A stretch of DNA of 64,000 nucleotides from the IMG/VR virus record IMGVR_UViG_3300023273_000426, positions 9,461 to 73,460 of that record; one strand, given 5' to 3'. Shown piece after piece: positions 18,824 to 28,872 of the stretch; position 1 is the first letter of the stretch; every line of letters begins with the position of its first letter. The notes under the pieces are model-generated. The model had not been told where the DNA came from and did no database searches. It saw nothing but the letters and a program-made list of their open reading frames with translations. Position numbers and translations under genes: made by a program. This DNA comes from a virus.

Positions 18824-19681
18824 TTAATCTTCAGCTTTTGCTTTTTTCATTAGCATTTGTACAATCTCTTTATTCAACGCTGACTTCTTGATAACGTCTG
18901 CCATGTTGTTAGCAGCAAACCCACTGCCGCCAAACTCAGCTAATACTTCGCCAAGTCTTGAAAGTGCATTTGACATCATTAAACTAGTATCATCAGTTCC
19001 TTTCATGTTTGAACTCATGTCCATCATTTTGCGTCCAAGATTGTTGATGTCTTTGTGCTTGTTTTCAAAGTTGCTAGGCACATCATATTCTGCTACTTCT
19101 TCATCTTCATCTTCGCCGTCACGTTGTGCAATAGCTTGACTCATTGGTTCTGTTTTGTTGCCGTCTTTGTCTAAATCAGGAAAGTCTGGTTTTGTACCTT
19201 TTGATGCTTGTTTTTCAGCAAGTGCTTTTGTAAGCATTGCATGAATACTTTCTCTGGTATTCATTGGATTATCACCGCCTGCTGTTGCTGGATATGATCC
19301 TTTTTCTTTGTGTAAATCGTCGCCGCTTGGAATCATGTCACTTACATCGCCTGCATTTGATCTCATATATTCATCATCAGGTTCTGTAGTAGCATCGCCA
19401 AAGTCGCCATCATAATCTTCTTCTTCACTTGAAATCATTTTGATAGTATCTGACATAGATGGTTCTTCAGGTCCTTTCGATCCGCATCCGCCCATTGGCT
19501 GACTTGGTCCGTGCATTTTACCACATATCGGACATACGCCGTCATCTTGGTTAATATCGGTATCGTCGACTACTTTAGCATCTGCTCCTGCTAGTTGCAT
19601 AATACGCATTAGTTCAGAAACTTCTGCTGCACTTTCGCCATTTACACTAATATTCATATTAGCTTCGTTTACTTTTTTCAT
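18824..19681 (-). CDS. hypothetical acidic protein, probable head-internal protein
   Basis: 285 aa with CPICGKMH, an EF-hand-like DLDKDGN and ELMRIMQLAG. Confidence 0.6.
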   Translation of the reverse strand: MKKVNEANMNISVNGESAAEVSELMRIMQLAGADAKVVDDTDINQDDGVCPICGKMHGPSQPMGGCGSKGPEEPSMSDTIKMISSEEEDYDGDFGDATTEPDDEYMRSNAGDVSDMIPSGDDLHKEKGSYPATAGGDNPMNTRESIHAMLTKALAEKQASKGTKPDFPDLDKDGNKTEPMSQAIAQRDGEDEDEEVAEYDVPSNFENKHKDINNLGRKMMDMSSNMKGTDDTSLMMSNALSRLGEVLAEFGGSGFAANNMADVIKKSALNKEIVQMLMKKAKAED

Positions 19682-19682
19682 A

Positions 19683-20165
19683 TTAGTCTCCTGACTGTTC
19701 TTTACGAGCTGTCTCTAATTCTTTTAGTAGGTTCATTACTCTATCTTCACCAACTGATTCTTGTGCGCTTTCGCCTCCTAGTTCTTCAACTGTTAGCTTT
19801 GCAACGTATACGTCAGATGAAGTTTCTTCTTGATATAACTCTTGCGGCTCATTTGGATTACGTACAATAATATGACTTTGTTTAACACCGCAACATTGTC
19901 CAATGTACTCTTGAAGCACTTGTACTGTTGTTGGGTATGTACAACTTATTTCAAAGTATGTAGCTTCGCAATTTTCTAACTGTGGAAAATCTAATGGGCG
20001 CTCTTGTATCGGTGTTTTCTTACCAGCTGCAATCTGAGAGCATCCGTATTTTTGTAAACTGGTTTCAAGCATATCTTCAAAGTTTTCAGGTAGCTCACCA
20101 GCTACACCAATCTTAAATTCATATGTTTTTTTACTTTCAGTTAAATAATCAGCAAAGTTTTTCAT
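19683..20165 (-). CDS. hypothetical protein
   Basis: 160 aa. The MKNFADYLTE N-terminus is typical of T4-like head-internal proteins. Late promoter at 20189-20196. Confidence 0.65.
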   Translation of the reverse strand: MKNFADYLTESKKTYEFKIGVAGELPENFEDMLETSLQKYGCSQIAAGKKTPIQERPLDFPQLENCEATYFEISCTYPTTVQVLQEYIGQCCGVKQSHIIVRNPNEPQELYQEETSSDVYVAKLTVEELGGESAQESVGEDRVMNLLKELETARKEQSGD

Positions 20166-20187
20166 TATTGTATCCTACATTATGTTA

Positions 20188-20673
20188 CTATTTATCATTC
20201 TTCATGTCTTTTAACTTCTCTAAAAGACTATTACGATCTGAAACAACATAACCTTCACCGTTGACTATGCCGCCTTCGCCTCCTGGATTAGTGTCTCTGT
20301 CCATTTTTTCTTTTTTAAGTTGCAAGTCGATCATTTTTAGTTTCTTATCCATTTTTGCGACTTTAGCATCTAAACTTGTTTTCAACATTCCGCCAGCAAC
20401 TTCAAATACTCTACTTGCATAACGACTTTCGACATTCATACCTAAGTCCATTAAATCATCATATGCTTCTAATGCACGTGATGCAATGTCTTCAAGTTCG
20501 TCATCTGCTTTTTGTCCAAGACCTTTTACAGCTGGTAATGCACTTGCAATCTTGTCAAACTCTGCTATATCGCGAAAAGTATCCTCTTGCTGAACAACAG
20601 CTTGCTTTTGTGCTTCTTGTTTGATATCTTCGTTGTCTGGAAGATTCAACATTTCCTCAAGTTTTTTTGTCAT
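20188..20673 (-). CDS. putative terminase small subunit-like helical protein
   Basis: 161 aa coiled-coil with RVFEVA..ML and a C-terminal V.DRN.LL. Near the large terminase, with a late promoter at 20700-20707. Confidence 0.4.
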   Translation of the reverse strand: MTKKLEEMLNLPDNEDIKQEAQKQAVVQQEDTFRDIAEFDKIASALPAVKGLGQKADDELEDIASRALEAYDDLMDLGMNVESRYASRVFEVAGGMLKTSLDAKVAKMDKKLKMIDLQLKKEKMDRDTNPGGEGGIVNGEGYVVSDRNSLLEKLKDMKNDK

Positions 20674-20705
20674 AATAGTTTTCCATTATATGCTACTATT
20701 ATTTA

Positions 20706-21266
20706 TCAAACAGTCGGTTGATAATTAAAATATTCTATTTCGTCGGCAAATCTATTAGATACTAGTTTAATAAACTCAGCAGTCATAAAGTCTTTTTTAT
20801 TATATATTCCTACATGCACATTTCTTTCTAAAGGAATATAACAGTTAGACCATTTTTGTATTTTTTTAAAATCAGTGGATAATGTTTCATTTGAAAAAAT
20901 ATGTTCTACATCTTTTATATATTTTAATTGAGAGGTAACTCCGTTCATATTATTATCTAGACTATATTCAAGATAATATATTATTCCTTTGTTCCAAACT
21001 TCGAGCATTTTATTATAGTAATCAACTTTATAATTTTTTCTCAAACGTTGATCGCATTTAACTTTTTGAAAAACATACAAACTTATCAATCGATTAAACG
21101 TATTTCTTGTTATTGTAAAACTAGTGTCATACTGTTCTTGAATACTATCTAAAAACAAATGATCATTTCGAATAAATTGAAAACTAGAGTCTTTTAAATT
21201 TTTATACCACCATCTATAAACACTTGCTCCGCCAGTTTTAGGAATATGTACAAAAGCTACTTTCAT
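20706..21266 (-). CDS. sulfotransferase family 2-like protein
   Basis: PAPS-binding 5'-PSB motif FVHIPKTGGAS and 3'-PB-like RNTFNRLISLY. Confidence 0.75.
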   Translation of the reverse strand: MKVAFVHIPKTGGASVYRWWYKNLKDSSFQFIRNDHLFLDSIQEQYDTSFTITRNTFNRLISLYVFQKVKCDQRLRKNYKVDYYNKMLEVWNKGIIYYLEYSLDNNMNGVTSQLKYIKDVEHIFSNETLSTDFKKIQKWSNCYIPLERNVHVGIYNKKDFMTAEFIKLVSNRFADEIEYFNYQPTV

Positions 21267-21700
21267 TTTCTCTTACCTTGATGGAAAATATCTCCTTCGT
21301 TGACAACTCTAAATATCATTCCTTTTTGTTTACAATACGCTTTAGCGGCGCCCCACTTGGCTTGATTGACTACATAATGCAACTTGTTTACTTTACTATT
21401 TCCTAGTTGCTCTTTGAATGTATGATTTGCTGGTTTAACTTCAATAATTTCAACATGTTGTTTGCCTGTACGATCATTGTATACTAAAAAGAAGTCTGGA
21501 ACATATATAGTATATTTTCCACTCAGTGGATTTCTATAAGGAATACGAACTGCTTCACTTGCCCACTTTGTTATATTTTCATTTGTATCACACATACGCA
21601 TAAAAGCAAACTCCCAACTACTTCTATAAGTAGGAGTTCTACCGCCTATGTATTTTTCAGGGTTTTTTAATGTATACTTGCCTTGTGCAAAACGTGACAT
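21263..21700 (-). CDS. gp4: head completion nuclease (gp4-like, TnsA-type PD-(D/E)xK)
   Basis: QGKY..KNPEKY.G, YRSSWE, WASE..IPY, YVPDF, IEVKP and NQAKW motifs. Confidence 0.85.
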   Translation of the reverse strand: MSRFAQGKYTLKNPEKYIGGRTPTYRSSWEFAFMRMCDTNENITKWASEAVRIPYRNPLSGKYTIYVPDFFLVYNDRTGKQHVEIIEVKPANHTFKEQLGNSKVNKLHYVVNQAKWGAAKAYCKQKGMIFRVVNEGDIFHQGKRK

Positions 21701-22074
21701 TATAATATAACATTTCTATTTTCGTATGTTACAACTTGATAATCACTTGTGTAGCCGAGAGCACTTACTTTGCTTCTATTGTTATTTAAAATAGCAGCTA
21801 CTAGCTGACTGAGTTTTACTTCGTCTAATCCTTTTAAACTATCCAACAATTCAAATATATTTTTATTTTCAGATTTGGCTTGTTGTAACAGTACTGTAGT
21901 TATAGCAATAGCTGCACTTTCTTCAAACTTTCTTTTTTTAAAAAATCCCAACACACTATCAACTTCATTACTTGTGATCGATATTGATTTTGAAAAGTAT
22001 CTATCAAAAAATGATTTTACTTCTGTTGCACTGTCCGTTGATTTATTAATACTTTTATCAGTTATACTACTCAT
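21700..22074 (-). CDS. hypothetical protein
   Basis: 124 aa ORF in the tail operon. Confidence 0.65.
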   Translation of the reverse strand: MSSITDKSINKSTDSATEVKSFFDRYFSKSISITSNEVDSVLGFFKKRKFEESAAIAITTVLLQQAKSENKNIFELLDSLKGLDEVKLSQLVAAILNNNRSKVSALGYTSDYQVVTYENRNVIL

Positions 22075-23358
22075 TTAACCACCTATAATATCTTCAAGAA
22101 TACTAGTAAATGCTGCACCTTGTAATGTTGGATCTACTCTGTAGTTATCAACAACTGCTTGTTGCAGTTGAGATTGCTGAACTGTGTTTAAGTTATCAAA
22201 CAACTGTCCATTATCATTAAAAGAGTTTGCCGATCCTTGTGCTATTGCATAGTTTCGAAGTGCATTTCTAGCCAAGTCTCTTTGTTTAATAGTGCTAGTT
22301 CTCAACTCTCTCTCAGATATTTTTGGTTCTAACGCTGCATCAAGAAATGCTGTAGTTATAGCTGTTTGAGTTGAGTTTGTTGGAAAAAATGCATTGTTGT
22401 TGAACGGAACTCTATTATTTGTTGTAACTGGAGTAGTTGAAAATGTTGATCTTAGATTGCGTTGTTGTTCGCTATTAAAATCAGTTATTCCTATTGCTTC
22501 TAAAAATATATCAGTGAATACTTTTTTCCAACCTTCGTCTACTCCGGTTGTTTTGTTATCCGTTGACTCTGTACTAGTACTACTATATGGACTAGGTGAT
22601 CTATCATAGTGTGCATTGTCTGCAAACCCTGCTGGCTCATCTAATCCTGTATATCCTCTATCATACAGTACAGTTTCATAATCAACACGCATGGTGTTTT
22701 TCATTACGCCTGACCCATCTGATTGATCTACTCTATCATGTTGCCATTCTCCTATGAGAGGATTCACAAGTGTAAAACTAGTAAAATGACTATCAGTGTT
22801 TTGATGATGAAGTTGGTGTATAGTTATGCTGTTAAAAAATGGATATGTTTTGCCTGCTCTGTTAAAACCATGTCTATAAGTATTTTGAGGCTCACTATCG
22901 TATAAGCCAGTTTGATATGCACGTGGACGAGTTCCTTGATCGGCATAGTTGCCGTCTTCATAATAATATCTATAATAGGCTTCCCATAGCAGTGTTGTTA
23001 GACCTGCTGCATCGTCATGAAATTCAATATTAACAGGATTGTAGTTTATTCTTGTTTGAACTACTTTTTTTCTATTGTATTGATTCATAGTTTCTGTATT
23101 AATAGTATATGTTGGCAAGTCAGCAGCTGATGCTAGTATATTAAACTCACGTTTGTTTAATAAGTTGCTAACATTGTTACCAAGTGATTGTAACGCTATT
23201 GGGTTTACATCTATTACAACATGATATAGGAATTTAACTTTAGGCGATAATCTAAAGTTATTGCGTCGATACAAGTTTGCAGCATGAGTAAAATCACCCA
23301 TTATACCTTTGTTGGTATCAAAATTGCTAAAGTTATCAAAGTTTCTATTTAACGGCAT
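22075..23358 (-). CDS. tail-tube-like baseplate protein (gp54/gp48-like)
   Basis: Tube-fold pattern LPTYTINTE..NQYNRK..Y.PVNIEFHDD...W..Y. Adjacent to gp19, with a late promoter at 23363-23370. Confidence 0.55.
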   Translation of the reverse strand: MPLNRNFDNFSNFDTNKGIMGDFTHAANLYRRNNFRLSPKVKFLYHVVIDVNPIALQSLGNNVSNLLNKREFNILASAADLPTYTINTETMNQYNRKKVVQTRINYNPVNIEFHDDAAGLTTLLWEAYYRYYYEDGNYADQGTRPRAYQTGLYDSEPQNTYRHGFNRAGKTYPFFNSITIHQLHHQNTDSHFTSFTLVNPLIGEWQHDRVDQSDGSGVMKNTMRVDYETVLYDRGYTGLDEPAGFADNAHYDRSPSPYSSTSTESTDNKTTGVDEGWKKVFTDIFLEAIGITDFNSEQQRNLRSTFSTTPVTTNNRVPFNNNAFFPTNSTQTAITTAFLDAALEPKISERELRTSTIKQRDLARNALRNYAIAQGSANSFNDNGQLFDNLNTVQQSQLQQAVVDNYRVDPTLQGAAFTSILEDIIGG

Positions 23359-23397
23359 AAAGTATTTATCTTATATTTAAACAGCGCACATAACAAA

Positions 23398-23420
23398 TAA
23401 GGAGCCCAATGGGCTCCTTA
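23398..23420. terminator. hairpin/terminator after the tail tube gene
   Basis: TAAGGAGCCC-AAT-GGGCTCCTTA perfect inverted repeat. Confidence 0.65.
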
Positions 23421-23446
23421 GAAGTCAAGCAATCTCTTAAATGTTA

Positions 23447-24085
23447 TTAAAGAGCGGCAGCGCCTGTGGCACCTGTGCCTGTTTCAGTATTTCGATCTTG
23501 GAAGTTGTTAGGCGTTCCAACACCTACATTAAGTTGTACAGCGTTGTCGTATTGAATATTAAGAGCTACTGTCATTGCATCATTTGCTGAGTAACTCATT
23601 GATCCGTAGTCAACACTTGTTAAATAGCAACCATACAGTTCCCAAGTTTCAAGTACAGCTGGAGTATTGGCGCCGTTGCCGCCGTCTAGTACTTCAATGC
23701 GTTGTGTAAACTTGTAGTCTTGTCCTGTAGCAGCACTAGACTGTTCAAAGAAATCAAACTGTTTCTGTAGTTGCTCGCCTACTGAACGTTGTACGTTTCC
23801 GTTAACATCGTCACGTAAATTCATTGTAACTGCTTGCCATTCGTGCTTGCCAGCCATATAAATTTTACTATTGTACACATCAATCGGTATTTGTTGGAAT
23901 GATATGTTTGGACGGGTTGCATCAATAACCTGTTTTGTTAATTCAGTTGTGTTGCCGGTAATACCGAAGTTTTCCAATGTTACACGGAAACGGTATTGTA
24001 GTTTCGGCATTAGCAGACCCTGACTGCTTGCACTAGTATCGTTTGCTAACGGTACTGTTAAATTTAATAGAGTTGAGATTGCCAT
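23447..24085 (-). CDS. gp19: tail tube protein
   Basis: PKLQYRFRV, AGKHEW..T.NLRDD, WELYGC and IQYDNA motifs. Directly after the sheath, with AAGGAG RBS and a late promoter at 24108-24115. Confidence 0.8.
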   Translation of the reverse strand: MAISTLLNLTVPLANDTSASSQGLLMPKLQYRFRVTLENFGITGNTTELTKQVIDATRPNISFQQIPIDVYNSKIYMAGKHEWQAVTMNLRDDVNGNVQRSVGEQLQKQFDFFEQSSAATGQDYKFTQRIEVLDGGNGANTPAVLETWELYGCYLTSVDYGSMSYSANDAMTVALNIQYDNAVQLNVGVGTPNNFQDRNTETGTGATGAAAL

Positions 24086-24119
24086 CTATGTTTCTCCTTA
24101 TCACATGTATTTATCATTT

Positions 24120-24145
24120 GTAGGGGGATTTTATTTTCCCCCTAC
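24120..24145. terminator. hairpin between the sheath and tube genes
   Basis: GTAGGGGGA...TTCCCCTAC inverted repeat. Confidence 0.5.
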
Positions 24146-24154
24146 TTTAATGAC

Positions 24155-27100
24155 TTATAACCCTGCGATTTCTCCTGTGTTTTTGATACGCAACGGTATG
24201 TAGATAAACTCTACTGCTTTGACTGGTTCAATAGCAATATCTACGTACAACTCGTTTCTATCAATTCTCGCTGGTGTGTTGTTTGATTCGTCACACACAA
24301 CTAAGAAGTCATATAGAGCTCTTAGTCCCACTAGTTCAACCATTAAACTTTCTACCTGTGCTTTGATTTCATCACGTGTGATTTTATCATTTGGTTCAAA
24401 TAGATATGGTTTTGTTAACTGATTCAACTGACTACGTAAGTACACTACAAGTCTTGCAACGTTGACTCTATCAAGAGCACTTGCATTTCTTGCACGAGTT
24501 TTTTGTCCAAATACAACTAGCCCAGCACCTGTTAAGAATGTGATAGGGTTGACGTTGTTTTGATACAATGTATCTCGTTGTCCTTCGTTTAGTGCTGATG
24601 CAACAAACTCGCCTTCGCCGTTGATGTAACCTGTTGAAGTTGCATTTGTAACTCCACCACGTCTTGTACCTGCTGGTGCAAACCATGGATACGCAACTTG
24701 GTCATTTAGTGCGAAAGTACGTAGTACCATATGACTTGACGGAACAACTACATTGTTGCCTGCATTATCACTAGTAAATCCACTTGGGTAATAAACACCC
24801 ATGTACTCATCTCTACTTACAAGTCCGTTATCATTATCTTCAACAACTGTATTAACGTTGGTTGCCCATTCGTTAAGAGAAGTTGCATCTGGTGTTAAAC
24901 GGAAAGGTGAATCACCGATAACAAATGCTGTTAGGCCTCTGTCATAGTTTAGTGTAATCATTTCTCCGATTAGCTCTGGATAACCTGGTGTTGCCATTAA
25001 GTTAAAGATGCGTGATTCGTTGTCGCGAATGTCCTGGTTTTCGTTTAGCATTGCTTGTAGTTTTTGTACTACAACTTTACGCTGTGCCTTACGTCCAAAA
25101 CTACCTGAGCCATCTGCTTCATTAGCTGATTCAGTAACCCAACGATGCGGATAATATGCTGACATTGACTCGTCACCAAAACGTTCATTGTCTGCTGCTA
25201 AGTCTACATAGTTACGCTCAAAACGCTTAACATTAAAGCCACTTCTACGTAGATTCCAAAGTATCATGCCTTTTGGATATAGTGCTGGATCTGGACAATC
25301 TACATCTACAAAGTTACTAGTAATCAGATTAGCAATAGTACCTGCTGTACTACTGTTTGCACCTGCTGTGTTGTAACGTGCATCTGCAAATAGTACACCA
25401 TTTTCAGTTGTTTGATCTGTTGTATCTAGTTCAACCCAACTGTTTAGTGTATTGTTCCAACGATAGATTCTTGGAAAGTTTTCAAGATCTGCTGTACTAA
25501 TCCAAATATCGCCTGTTACAAGATTGCCACCGTCTGAACGATCTCCGTCTACTGGTTCACTTGCAGCAACAATCGGACCTTCTGGGTCTGGAGCATTTGC
25601 AGGTGTAGCATCGTAATATGGTGAATCGCTGTTTAAGTATCCAACCCATTTATCGCCATCATGTACCATGATATCAACTTCGTCAACTACACTGTTATAC
25701 CATAATGCGCCGTCTGCTGCAAGAGCAGTTGGAGCATCATTACTTGCTGTATAAGTTAGTTCTTTCCAAAGTGTCGCAATGTATGCGTTTGACAATCCAG
25801 TTGGCGAATCGTAAAAGTTTGCAGTTCCTGATTTTGTTGAGTAGTTCCAAGCAGTAAATGCATCTGTTAATGGAGTATTTGCACCATCTACAAATCTAAT
25901 GTCGCCGCCGATTGCATGTGTTATTACAACTCTGTTGCTTGAATCGACACTAGCAGTAACATTAACTAATCCTGCCGCGTTAATAGCTGCTGCCATTAAA
26001 TCTGCATCTGATGTTGCACCTGTTGCAGTGAATGCAATATTTACTACTGTACTTAATGTTGCACTTCCTTTTACAGTCTCTTGAATAGTAAAATCGTTGC
26101 CGCCTGATGTAAATGTAGTACTATCAACTACACTACTAGTAATAGTTGTTGCACCTGTAGCATTACGCTTGTAAAGAGTGAAGTTGGCTAGATTTGTTGC
26201 ACTTTCTGTAACATTTGCCATTGCATAAACATTAAGCGATGTTAGATTTGCACCACCACCTGTTTTATCTAATCCAACTAGTGCTGCCGAGTTTGAAGTA
26301 TATATTGGTGTGCTTACTGCATCCCATAGTTCAGTTGAACCATTCCATACTTTTGTTTTCCAATCTGCGCCACTGTTTGGTGTAGTTGTTTTAACCCATA
26401 CACTTCCTGTTGGACGAGATACAGAGTCTGCTGTTTTCCATTCTGGAACGCTTGTGTGAGCTGTTGCTTGATGTGCTGGAGGATAATATGTTCCAGCAGC
26501 AATACCTGCATCAGTTAGTGGTGTTCCTGTACCGTTACCAAGAACAATGTTTGAATGTGTTGCGCCAGTATTTTTAAATACTAATCTATTATCTACTGCC
26601 TCTGCTGTGATTCCAACTGCACCCAGTGCTATATTAATATCACTTACAGCTGAAGCAAGGCTAGTTCCTGTTAACGTAACTGTTACACTAAGACCTTCTG
26701 CAGATCCAATAGTGATAGTATCATTTACTGTAAATGTTGGAGTACCTGCTGTACCGGTTACTGAAGGCCAACTGCCTTTCCAATCTGCACTACCAACCTG
26801 TACCCAAGTACCTGAAGTATTTTTATACCATGTGCGGATAATAGTTGAAACTGCTACAACTGCGTAGTCGCCAATTGCGCCAACTGCACCTTTTGGAGCA
26901 AACGGAGATGATCCTGTAGTTTGTGTTGTATCAGTAATAACAGTTGGTGTTTTGTTAGTAAATGTTTGACCAACTTTGTTAGTTGCTGATTCAGCACTGC
27001 CGTTCCATTCAAAAACACCAAACTTTGTTACTTGAGTATCTAACCAGTAAGTTCCATTTGCCGGGTTTGCAGTTGTTGGCGTTGAACTAGCTGATATTGC

Positions 27101-27451
27101 TGTAAGGTCAATATCTGCTCTTACTACATACGCTCTGTTGCTTACGCCTAAATATGAATATGCTGCCTGTAACCCGTATTCATTTTGTTCTCCGCCATGA
27201 ATAGGATTGTTGTTAGCATCTGTATAAAATGTAGGATCACCAAACGTATCTACTAGATCTCGCTGCGATGTTAGTAGGTATGGTTTACCTGCATTGGCTT
27301 TTTGAGTTCCTGGTGCAACACCAGTTCCTGCGCCGTTTAGTTTATTTTCGCCTGTTGCGACAAATATTATAGGTACTGTGCCCGGTTCTGCTGGAGTGTA
27401 AAAACTCTCATCAATAACGCTGACCTCTACACCTGGTGAAGTTAATGCCAT
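24155..27451 (-). CDS. gp18: contractile tail sheath protein
   Basis: MALTSPGVEV, FGDP, WFAPAG..RG, RDTLYQNNVNPI, GQKT, DRVNVARL, FEPND and VCDESNNTP..IDRNEL..P.KAVEFI motifs. Confidence 0.95.
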   Translation of the reverse strand: MALTSPGVEVSVIDESFYTPAEPGTVPIIFVATGENKLNGAGTGVAPGTQKANAGKPYLLTSQRDLVDTFGDPTFYTDANNNPIHGGEQNEYGLQAAYSYLGVSNRAYVVRADIDLTAISASSTPTTANPANGTYWLDTQVTKFGVFEWNGSAESATNKVGQTFTNKTPTVITDTTQTTGSSPFAPKGAVGAIGDYAVVAVSTIIRTWYKNTSGTWVQVGSADWKGSWPSVTGTAGTPTFTVNDTITIGSAEGLSVTVTLTGTSLASAVSDINIALGAVGITAEAVDNRLVFKNTGATHSNIVLGNGTGTPLTDAGIAAGTYYPPAHQATAHTSVPEWKTADSVSRPTGSVWVKTTTPNSGADWKTKVWNGSTELWDAVSTPIYTSNSAALVGLDKTGGGANLTSLNVYAMANVTESATNLANFTLYKRNATGATTITSSVVDSTTFTSGGNDFTIQETVKGSATLSTVVNIAFTATGATSDADLMAAAINAAGLVNVTASVDSSNRVVITHAIGGDIRFVDGANTPLTDAFTAWNYSTKSGTANFYDSPTGLSNAYIATLWKELTYTASNDAPTALAADGALWYNSVVDEVDIMVHDGDKWVGYLNSDSPYYDATPANAPDPEGPIVAASEPVDGDRSDGGNLVTGDIWISTADLENFPRIYRWNNTLNSWVELDTTDQTTENGVLFADARYNTAGANSSTAGTIANLITSNFVDVDCPDPALYPKGMILWNLRRSGFNVKRFERNYVDLAADNERFGDESMSAYYPHRWVTESANEADGSGSFGRKAQRKVVVQKLQAMLNENQDIRDNESRIFNLMATPGYPELIGEMITLNYDRGLTAFVIGDSPFRLTPDATSLNEWATNVNTVVEDNDNGLVSRDEYMGVYYPSGFTSDNAGNNVVVPSSHMVLRTFALNDQVAYPWFAPAGTRRGGVTNATSTGYINGEGEFVASALNEGQRDTLYQNNVNPITFLTGAGLVVFGQKTRARNASALDRVNVARLVVYLRSQLNQLTKPYLFEPNDKITRDEIKAQVESLMVELVGLRALYDFLVVCDESNNTPARIDRNELYVDIAIEPVKAVEFIYIPLRIKNTGEIAGL

Positions 27452-27486
27452 TTTAAATTTCTCCTGTAAAGTGTTTCACTTACAAC

Positions 27487-27494
27487 TATTTAGC
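27487..27494 (-). promoter_or_regulatory. late promoter GCTAAATA upstream of the sheath gene
   Basis: Variant of the recurrent (A/C)TAAATA motif, with an AGGAG RBS downstream. Confidence 0.5.
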
Positions 27495-27526
27495 AGATCG
27501 CCGGAGAAAAAGGCGGTTTTTAGGGG

Positions 27527-28027
27527 TTAAGTACGTATATAACTCATAAGTTCACCTACATTAAAATATAAATCGTCAAGACTTCCGTTGTTGTCAATAG
27601 TAAAATCAGCCATCCATTGTTCAAGGCTCATACTATTTCTACGTTCAGGAGGTAAGTAATCACTACGATCAACCCATATACAATAGTCGAACACACCTGT
27701 GTTTTTCATAGCGTGAAATTCTTTTTTATTTCGAAGCCCACAATAGATATCATAGGCTGCAAACATCTCTCTACCTAGAGTCGCTGCATCAGGAACATTA
27801 TAATCGCAGATAGCATCATACCATTCTGCTCGGTGATTATGCCTGTCAGCGTAACACTGTTCTTCATTATCATATCCATACTTGTCCTTTAACTGATCGT
27901 AAATAAACAACTTGGAGCAAAACTGACTACTGCTCTCAAAACTATAACCATACGTATCTCTTAATATTTCGCACACAGTATCTTTACCGTGTCGGCCGTG
28001 GCCAATAACTAGTAACTTTTTCTTCAT
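27527..28027 (-). CDS. P-loop kinase, deoxynucleoside monophosphate kinase-like
   Basis: GHGRHGKDT P-loop and C-terminal ADFTIDNNGSLDDL, as in T4 gp1-type kinases. Confidence 0.7.
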   Translation of the reverse strand: MKKKLLVIGHGRHGKDTVCEILRDTYGYSFESSSQFCSKLFIYDQLKDKYGYDNEEQCYADRHNHRAEWYDAICDYNVPDAATLGREMFAAYDIYCGLRNKKEFHAMKNTGVFDYCIWVDRSDYLPPERRNSMSLEQWMADFTIDNNGSLDDLYFNVGELMSYIRT

Positions 28028-28033
28028 AAGTTT

Positions 28034-28062
28034 AATATAGCATATTATTTAGACTTTGTCAA
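28034..28062 (-). promoter_or_regulatory. sigma70-like promoter with a nested late motif
   Basis: TTGACA-17 nt-TATATT, with CTAAATA inside the spacer. Confidence 0.65.
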
Positions 28063-28872
28063 TATCCATTTTGAAAAAAGATCTGCCCAATCAATGTGTG
28101 CTTGTTCGAGAGGATGGTCTGATTCTTTTCCACGTTTGTATTTGTTTTTTGTTGCCCAGTTATGAAATCCAAGGCCATCTTCTTTGTGTACATTATTAGG
28201 AAGATCCAATCTTGCGATCATGTCTTGTAAAAACACATTGTCTTGATTTAATAACTCTGGTTCTATATCTTTAAATGCCGACGTAAAAAAATATTTAATA
28301 TTATGATTCTCAAGCCAGTTTGTTAAATATTCAAGTTGCTGTAGTGGATAATATACATGGTTATCGTGCGTGTCACGTCTAGCATAAAACTCTACGTGTG
28401 TTCGTGTTAAATGTTCTGACGCCCACATTTGTCTTCTACTGTACAACATTTCATTTGAATAACCTCTAGTCTTACCGTCTCCGTCTGAAGGCAATGAAGT
28501 TAAAAATCTATCTTCGTGAGTTTTTATTTTTCTACCTGCAGGATATATACTAGGATATTCTCTGCGTAAAATACTTGTCCACATTACAACTACAACAATG
28601 TCTTCTGGTTTGTGTATTTTTAAATGGCGGCGAGTTTGATATATTACACGTCTAACTATACTGCCGTAATCTGCACCTGGCACAGCAGTATTATCAACTG
28701 TTGCATTGGGAAACATTTTTTCTTGAAGCAAGTTTGGCCATGCAGTATAGCTTATCTCGTAGCATATTCCTTTATGAATACGATCCCAACTTTCGTCTGC
28801 AAGTTCAGAGCCTGCTGTAAAACTACAACCTCCTGCTATTACTTTTTTGATATTAGTAAATCTGTTATCCAA
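28045..28872 (-). CDS. SGNH/GDSL-hydrolase-like protein
   Basis: GCSFTAG (block I-like), NTAVPG, VMWT..R and C-terminal DHPLEQAH. Confidence 0.55.
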   Translation of the reverse strand: MDNRFTNIKKVIAGGCSFTAGSELADESWDRIHKGICYEISYTAWPNLLQEKMFPNATVDNTAVPGADYGSIVRRVIYQTRRHLKIHKPEDIVVVVMWTSILRREYPSIYPAGRKIKTHEDRFLTSLPSDGDGKTRGYSNEMLYSRRQMWASEHLTRTHVEFYARRDTHDNHVYYPLQQLEYLTNWLENHNIKYFFTSAFKDIEPELLNQDNVFLQDMIARLDLPNNVHKEDGLGFHNWATKNKYKRGKESDHPLEQAHIDWADLFSKWILTKSK

